A DNA stretch of 42,593 nucleotides from Octopus sinensis (taxonomy: Eukaryota), in contig NW_021835131.1 in assembly GCF_006345805.1 (NCBI RefSeq), forward strand, positions 1 to 42,593. The letters run 5' to 3'. Made by a program: the position numbers and the translations under genes. Below are positions 35,785 to 42,593 of the stretch, piece after piece; the stretch's first letter is position 1, and the number at the start of each line of letters is the position of its first letter. The notes below the pieces were generated by a model that was not told the origin of the DNA, made no database searches, and saw only the letters and a list, made by a program, of their open reading frames with translations.

Positions 35785-36320
35785 TTTACCTTAAGCAAAT
35801 GTGATGACCCATGGTGGATGTTCGCTGGGTGGTTCTAGTGAGTTTTTGTGAAGTGCTCGGTTTTATAATGCCTGTTAGGTGGTCAATTCAGAGTAGCGTG
35901 ACGTCATCAACGTTTTGACCAATCGTTTCGTTAGGTGGCTTTAGTCAAGTAGAACGGGACGTCATCATTATTTTGACCAATCGCTGCATTATAACTGCCT
36001 CTTGTTTGTTTCCTGTTTTGACCAGTCGCTTCGTTAGTCGAGTAGAACGGGACGTCATCATTATTTTGACCAATCGCTGCATTATAACTGCCTCTTCTGT
36101 TTTGACCAGTCGCTTCGTTAGTCAAGCAGAACGGGACGTCATCCAGATTCTGCCCAATCACGACTTATAGCTACATTAGATCTGCCCCCTGTCTGTACTT
36201 GTTAGGTGACTAGTCAAGCAGAAAAGGACGTCATCAATATTCTGACTAATGACTGTCCCCTGTTTGTATCCTGTCCATTCTAGCAGAGCTAGACGTCATC
36301 AACTTGTTGACCAATCAAAA
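35785..36320 (-). promoter_or_regulatory. Promoter-like unit: 6x GACGTCA-N12-CCAAT array, TATA, Inr, Kozak ATG, 5' splice site
   Basis: Modules at 35900, 35958, 36051, 36135, 36227 (CTAAT variant) and 36292. Minus-strand TATAAAA at 35867-35861, TCACT at 35841-35837, CCACCATGG with ATG at 35812, AG|GTAAAA at 35790/35789. Confidence 0.6.
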
Positions 36321-36736
36321 TCGGGTCTGACCCTTAGCTGTATCGTATGTATCAGGGTCAGATTTGCACGAAAGAATTTTTTTTTCCCCCTTTTTTTTAC
36401 TAAGGCATATTTCCGTCAGAGTGAGTGTCTGTTTGAAGTAGCGGCCGTGGTGGAATTTTGCTTCTCCTTTTCGAAGGACTTATCTTTTGTTTTAGTATTC
36501 CTGACCCAGGGTGTTTAAACTTAGTCTAAATTTTTTTATGAAATATAGTTCTTTATTTTGGCGTTGTGTGAAGGTTGCGTTGTCACTGAATTTATAGAGC
36601 GGGTTAGTTGTAAATTTCGGATTTACATTTCCAGCACATCTATCTATGTGTCCGCTGACCGGTATTTTGCGGTAATCAGGGTTTCTAATTGGTGATTTAT
36701 GCACCGCCATCCTGTTACGTATATATATATATATGT

Positions 36737-36875
36737 GGAGGCGCAATGGCCCAGTGGTTAGGGCAGTGGTTTCGTGACCGACCAGACCATCAGATGTTGC
36801 TACACATCGCTGGTCACAATGCGTTCGCATTGTTTTAGCCTTCGAATGACACAACCCGCTGGCTAAGCGAACAGG

Positions 36876-36880
<5 letters not shown>
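36737..36880. mobile_element. Family A head fused to inverted tail 2
   Basis: GGAGGCGCAATGGCCCAGTGGTTAGGGCAG on +, then the reverse complement of the 31975-32085 tail. Confidence 0.8.
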
Positions 36881-36920
<40 letters not shown>

Positions 36921-37094
36921 TTATATATATATAGTAATAATAACAATATTAATAATGATATTATTACCATATTTATCCTACATTATATCGGTACAGTTCG
37001 GTGCAACTCCCAAAAACTGGTTAACCAGTCAACTTAATTAAACTGTAACCGGCATAATGGAATAGGAACTTTATTGCACATCCAAAATGTTTCA

Positions 37095-37161
<67 letters not shown>

Positions 37162-37608
37162 TATATATGAGAGAGAGAAAGAGAGAGAGCTTTGCTATTA
37201 TGCAAAAGTGTCGTAAGTCCAAAACTTTTCTTTATCAGAAAACGAAAGAATAGTTATACCATTCCATTTCTTTTTACATTAACAACTGTTTCAGCTTAAC
37301 AAAAATACTTTGTTGGATGCATAAAATCTTAACTCCATACATATACGATATTTTCAGTCAGAAATATTTTTGAAAAACTGTCGTATGTGGAACTTACTAT
37401 ACTTTTAAAAAATACTAAACCGTTGTACTATATTTCAGTAATTTTCATCTGAAGCACCTCGAGATACGATAGTTTGACCAAAGGAATCAGCTATTGCAAG
37501 CAAAATTAAATATTCGGAAAAAAAAACGCATTCGGCGAAATTTGGACATACAGCAGATTAACATAATAGCAAAGATATATATTTATGTATATATGTATTT
37601 ATGTATAT

Positions 37609-37710
37609 AGGTGCAGGCGAGACTGTGTGGTAAGAAGTTTGCTTCCCAACAACATGGTTCCGGGTGCAAAACCTATCACCTCGTGATACCTTGGTCAAGT
37701 AGTCTTCTCT
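37609..37710 (+). mobile_element. Family C SINE head fragment
   Basis: AGGTGCAGGCGAGACTGTGTGGTAAGAAG..CATGGTTCCGGG..ACCTTGGTCAAGT. Confidence 0.7.
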
Positions 37711-37789
37711 ATTTCTTGGTTTCTTCTTATGAGGTTCATTTCCACGTTAACCCATATTTGCTCAACATTTCTATGAATCAAAATTATGT

Positions 37790-38382
37790 ATTATTTTCTA
37801 CTCAAGGCACAAGGCCAGACATTTTGGGGGTGGGGGCCAGGCGATGAGATCGACCACATTATGCAACAGGTACTTAATTTATCGAACCCGAAAGGATGAA
37901 AAGCAAAGTAATGTAAAGACAGACGAAATACCACTAAGCATTTCGCCCGGCGTTCTAACGCTTCTTATTTCTTCATTGCCCACAAGAGGCTAAACATAGA
38001 GGGGACAAACAAGGACAGACAAAAGGATTAAGTAGATTATATCGACTTCAGTGCGTAACTGGTACTTAATTTATCAACCCCGTAAGAATGAAAGGCAAAG
38101 TCAACCTCGGCGGTATTTGAACTCAGAACGTAGCGGCAGACGAAATACCTATTTCTTTACTACCCACAAGGGGATGAACACAGAGAAGACAAACAAAGAC
38201 AGACAAAGGGATTAAGTCGATTATATCGACACCAGTGTGTAACTAGTACTTATTTAATCGACCACGAAAGGATGAAAGGCAAATTCGACCTCGGCGGAAT
38301 TTAAACTCAGAACGTAACTGCAGAAGAAATACCGCTAAGAATTTCGCCTGGCGTGCTAACGTTTCTGCCAGCTCGCCGCCTT
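37790..38382 (-). mobile_element. Family B SINE trimer
   Basis: Three bodies in tandem with one complete head at about 38382. Junctions at 38149/38150 and about 37962. Confidence 0.88.
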
Positions 38383-38544
38383 GATAAAATAAATATTCTT
38401 TTCTACTCTTGGCACAAGACTCGAAATACCCGTCGTGATAACGTTTCTGAAAGCTCACTGCCTTAATCGAGATTATATATTGCAGCATTGACAGACATGC
38501 AAAAGAGCATAGTACATGCATTTGCGTGTAATGTCTGTGAGCGT

Positions 38545-38955
38545 GCACGTGTGTGTGTGTGTGCATGTGTACGGATGCATGTGTATGTGTGTGTGTGTAC
38601 GTGTGTGTGTATGTACGTGTGTGTGTGTGTGTACGTGTGTGTGCACGTGTGTGTGTACGTGTGTGTATGTGTGTGTACGTATAAATGTACGTGTGTGTGT
38701 AAGTGTGTGTGTACGTGTATATGTACGTATATGTGTACGTGTGTGAGTGTGTACGTGTGTGTACGTGTGTGTGTGTACGTGTGTGTACGTGTGTGTACGT
38801 GCATGTGTGTGTATTTGTGTGTACGTGTGTTGTGTGTATGTGTGTGTACGTGTATGTGTACGTTTATGTGTATGTGTGTTTGTGTGTACGTGTGTGTGTA
38901 CGAATGTGTGTACGTGTGTGTGTGTACGTGTGTGTGTGTGTATACATGTGTGTGT
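38545..38955. repeat. (TG)n tract punctuated by TACG
   Basis: Direct inspection. Confidence 0.93.
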
Positions 38956-39191
38956 GTCTATATCTTGTTTCTATAAAACTGAAACAATTCCATAGGTAGC
39001 TATGTAGGTAAATTGCATGGCATATTTTACTAAATCACTAATAACGGACATGATTGATTTTTAATATAACTCAAGATTAGTCGCCATGGAAAAACTGGAA
39101 AAATTGTCAACTATAAAGAAAATGATATCGTAAATTTTAATCTTCAATATTTATTATGCGTTGGAAAAAGAATTTGCCATCTTTCTGTACG

Positions 39192-39360
39192 CAGACGTGG
39201 CATTATTGTAGGAAGTTTGCATACCAACTACAAGGTCCAATGTTCAGTTCCGTTATGTGTCACATTAGGCGAGTCAGATCGGCTTAATGAAAACTTTGTG
39301 AGTGGATTTGGTTGGCAGAAACTGAAAGTATACCGTCATATATATAACTATATCTATCTA

Positions 39361-39397
<37 letters not shown>

Positions 39398-39665
39398 ATA
39401 TATATATGACTGAAAGAAGTGAAAGAGTATACATATGTGTGTGTGTGTGTTTATATATGTGTTTGTCTTCCGATACAGCAGCCGCTCGACAACTGGTGTT
39501 GGTGTGTTTACGTTCTCGTAATCAATCGGTTGGAGAAAATAGCTGGATAGAATAAGTACCAGGTTTTGTGAAAAAAGTACTGGAATCGATTCGTTCGACT
39601 TAAATTCTTCAAGGCGCCGTCTCAGCATGGTGGCAACCAAATAAATGCCTGAAATAATTAAAACC
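39192..39665 (+). mobile_element. Degenerate family C SINE
   Basis: TTGTGAGTGGATTTGG..GAAACTGAA..GGTGTTGGTGTGTTTACG..GTTCGACT..CAGCATGG. Confidence 0.72.
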
Positions 39666-39869
39666 TAAAGAGAAAAGATACAAGGTCCGCACTCCGTACA
39701 AGTGCTTCCCAAGGTAAACGCCCGGATTATCGGCCTACTATACACACACAGGGACGCACACACACACACATACACACACACATATACCTACATACATATA
39801 CATACATATAAATACATATACACACACACACACAAATACAGACACACATATATATACACACATATATAA

Positions 39870-40174
39870 AGAAGCATTCCGTCGGTTACTACAAGGGTTC
39901 CAGCTGACAAGATTAACGGATCAGCTTGCTCGTGAAATTAACGCGCACTACACAGACACGTATACCCTTAACGTAGTTCCGAGGGAGATTCAGCGTGAAA
40001 GTAACAAGGCTGGCTCTTTAAAATACAGGTGCAACTCACTTTTGCCAGCTGAGTTAGACTGGAGCAGCGTGAAATAAAATGTCTTGCTCAAGGGCACAAC
40101 ACATCGCCGAGAATTGAAATCACGAACTTACGATCCTGAGCCGAATGCCCTAACCACTAAGCCACGCGCCTTCA
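39870..40174 (-). mobile_element. SINE family A': different tRNA head and CORE-like body, family A tail
   Basis: Minus head TGAAGGCGCGTGGCTTAGTGGTTAGGG..CCTTGAGCAAGACA. Tail CACGCTGAATCTCCC..ACGTTAAGGGTA..AACCGACGGAATGCTTC is shared with family A. Confidence 0.82.
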
Positions 40175-40231
40175 CACTCACATACACACACACATGTATA
40201 TACATACGTATACTTACATATACATTATATG

Positions 40232-40370
<139 letters not shown>

Positions 40371-40457
40371 GGTAGAAATTGATTTTAATCAATTAAAACC
40401 AGTGGCTTAGCATATAAAAAAAATCCGATTAAAAATTGTTTTACATACAAAATTTAG

Positions 40458-40579
40458 AGGACTGACCATAAAAGTGGACAGCCTATATGCTAAACATAGA
40501 CGTCAAATCGCCATTACCACAAGAATGATTTGACGTCTATGTTTAGCATATAGGCTGTCCACTTTTAGTGGTCAGTCCT
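40458..40579. repeat. Near-perfect fold-back hairpin (52/53-bp arms, 17-nt loop)
   Basis: 40458-40509 versus the reverse complement of 40527-40579 differ only by a 1-nt indel. Confidence 0.95.
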
Positions 40580-40786
40580 GTGACCGCGTCTGCATCGTTG
40601 GTGATTTTTTTCCTCCGTCTTCCCTTCTTTGGATCTTTCCTTTTCCTATGTTTCTGACGAAGAGCTCCGCTCGAAACGTTAAACTCTCCTTCTTTCCTTC
40701 TTTCCTGAGCGTCCAATAATACTATACTTATTCCACGTTCTCACGTTGTTGTGTTTTCTCTTTGTGTTTTCATGTTTGGATTAACT
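40580..40786 (+). mobile_element. Hammerhead-bearing Penelope-like terminal repeat fragment (family D), copy 2
   Basis: Begins GTGACCGCGT and ends GTTTGGATTAACT followed by (TA)n, as does 3760-3955. Confidence 0.72.
40650..40684 (+). ncRNA. Minimal type I hammerhead ribozyme, intact core
   Basis: GTTT-CTGACGA-A-GAGC-TCC-GCTC-GAAA-CG-TT-AAAC. CUGANGA and GAAA intact, stems I and II of 4 bp each, palindromic ACGT stem III, GUU cleavage triplet. Confidence 0.82.
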
Positions 40787-41997
40787 ATACATATATATAC
40801 ATATATATATACATACAAACACAAATTATATATATTTATGTATGATATATATTATATATGTATATATATATATATATATTAGATATATATATATATATAT
40901 ATATAATATATATATATATATATAGGTTGTGTGGGTGTGTGTGTGTGTGGTGTGTGTGTATTGAAGGATTGCGTGCTGTATCAGTTTTAATTGTATATTA
41001 TTGTTCCTCTGATTTCTCATTTCGTTTCATCATCTGCATTATAATTACTACTTTTCAGAAACGGCTCCTCGAGTTACAAACTTTGAAAAGAATAGTGACA
41101 TAGCGAAGCCCTTCACTTCCCAAGCAGTATTTACAGTAATGAAAAACTATTGATCCGCGTATATATATAATCGATTGAGAGTTATCGATTTTGTTTCGTT
41201 ATGTACAAAATAAAAATCTAATTATTTTTCTGAAATTTTAATGATGAATTATTATTTGGCGATAGAATTTACGCGCTGATTAGTTCGATTAACTGTACCC
41301 TTCTCATACAGTAACAACTATTTCATATACCACTAACCCTTTCATTTACTCCCTGAGTCAATAAAGCCTTCTTTTATACAATGGTGTTTAGTGCTGTAAA
41401 CAAGGATTGATTTACAAACAACGAGAATTCGAAATTATCTTCTCTAAATAAAGTCTACGAAGTGAATAAAAACTCGGAATTTTCGGCAAATGTTTGGGAT
41501 TTCTTTCTATTACGGCATTACGGAATGAATCTATCTTGCATTGTTTTCCGGATTCTGTATTATCTGAATATTAAATCCTTTAAGAAGATAGAGTTCTTCC
41601 CTAGATTCCTTACCTAGATTTTGTTAATCTTTGAAAACTTTTCTCTGTATTTGGCATCGAAATTCATGAAAAAAATATGATTTATTTGAAACCAAATCCC
41701 AAGAAATAGTGAGAATGTTGTTAACCACATATTCAGATAAATTTCTGTCTTCGTATGAAATATAGAAATATAAATATTTAAATCTGGTTTTATACAAAGG
41801 ATATTGACAGTAAAAATGTCTAACTTCGTTGCTCTGAAGTAGAATACCAAGATCAAAACACTGGTTATGTGAAGCACTGATGTAGTGTATGGGTTTTCTA
41901 GGAGTGGAGTTTACAACGTTAGATTATTTCTCAAGACGGGTCGCTCAGTGCATGCATACCCACCCACCCACACACCCACACACACATATATATATAT

Positions 41998-42160
41998 AGG
42001 CGCAGGAGTGGTTGTGTTGTAAGACGCTTGCTTCCCAACCACATGGTTCCCGGTTCAATCCCACTGCACGGTAACTTTAGGAAGTGTCTTTTTATATAGC
42101 CTCAGGTCGGCTAAAACATTGAAAATGGATTTGGTAGACGGAATGTGAAAGAAGCCCGTC

Positions 42161-42165
<5 letters not shown>
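41998..42165 (+). mobile_element. Family C SINE, 5' half
   Basis: AGGCGCAGGAGTGGTTGTG..GGTTCAATCCCACTGC..GAAAGAAGCCCGTCG then (TA)n. Confidence 0.85.
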
Positions 42166-42198
<33 letters not shown>

Positions 42199-42324
42199 AT
42201 GAAAAGGGAGGAATTTCGATTATCCCCACGTTGTTAGTCGTAATATATATAAGAAATTCAAGAAGGAAAATGCACGCTCTTCACATAGTTTTCCTGAAAT
42301 TTTTAATATATCTTGTATTGTGTT

Positions 42325-42357
42325 TATCGACCGGTTTCGCTTTCGCTATTCATGACA
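42325..42357 (-). ncRNA. Minimal hammerhead-like motif with A3-U8 core variant
   Basis: TGTC-ATGAATA-GC-GAAA-GC-GAAA-CCGG-TC-GATA. 4-bp stem I (one G-U), 2-bp stem II with GNRA loop, palindromic stem III, GUC triplet. Confidence 0.62.
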
Positions 42358-42593
42358 TTAAAATTTATCTAAATACGTATTTTCTTAAGAAGAATATTTT
42401 TTGTCCATAGAAGAATGAGAACATTACTCCATTACGAAAATACCGTAATCATTATATGAAATGTAATAAAAACAAGAAAACAGCCGGCATGGCAGACTCC
42501 AACCACGTCTCTTTTCTGTTATTATCTATTTGATTACAATACACCAAAAGGATTTACGACTTGTCGAAGACCCCTAGATTATACCACGAACGT

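Noticed and set aside
35880-36320. CRISPR-like repeat/spacer appearance
   Set aside because: The intervening sequences are related to each other, intervals are irregular, the context is eukaryotic and no cas genes are present. It is a diverged tandem repeat.

Overview
AT-rich, repeat-saturated eukaryotic DNA. The SINE families, microsatellite load and LINE types look like an octopod cephalopod genome; this is inferred from recalled repeat families, not from a search. I cannot support any intact host protein-coding gene, and almost all listed ORFs are translations of microsatellites or SINEs. The window contains: three or four tRNA-headed SINE families in many copies; decayed LINEs (R4/Dong-type RLE elements in or beside (TAA)n, a CR1-like RT 3' half, a probable L1/Tx1-type 3' end); Tc1 and mariner remnants; a complete non-autonomous Helitron; Penelope-like (PLE) remnants with a GIY-YIG tail and inverted arms; and a full-length U6 snRNA copy fused directly to a SINE. 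The main hidden signal is a set of six or seven hammerhead-ribozyme motifs of the Penelope/retrozyme type. One has an intact core, and two carry compensatory 3-8 core pairs (U3-A8 and A3-U8). One of these lies downstream of a compact promoter-like unit: six GACGTCA-N12-CCAAT modules, then TATA, Inr, a Kozak ATG and a splice donor. Two SINE/LINE 3'-tail partnerships and a recurring SINE self-insertion junction are also visible. Coordinates were read by eye, so ends of old repeats are approximate.
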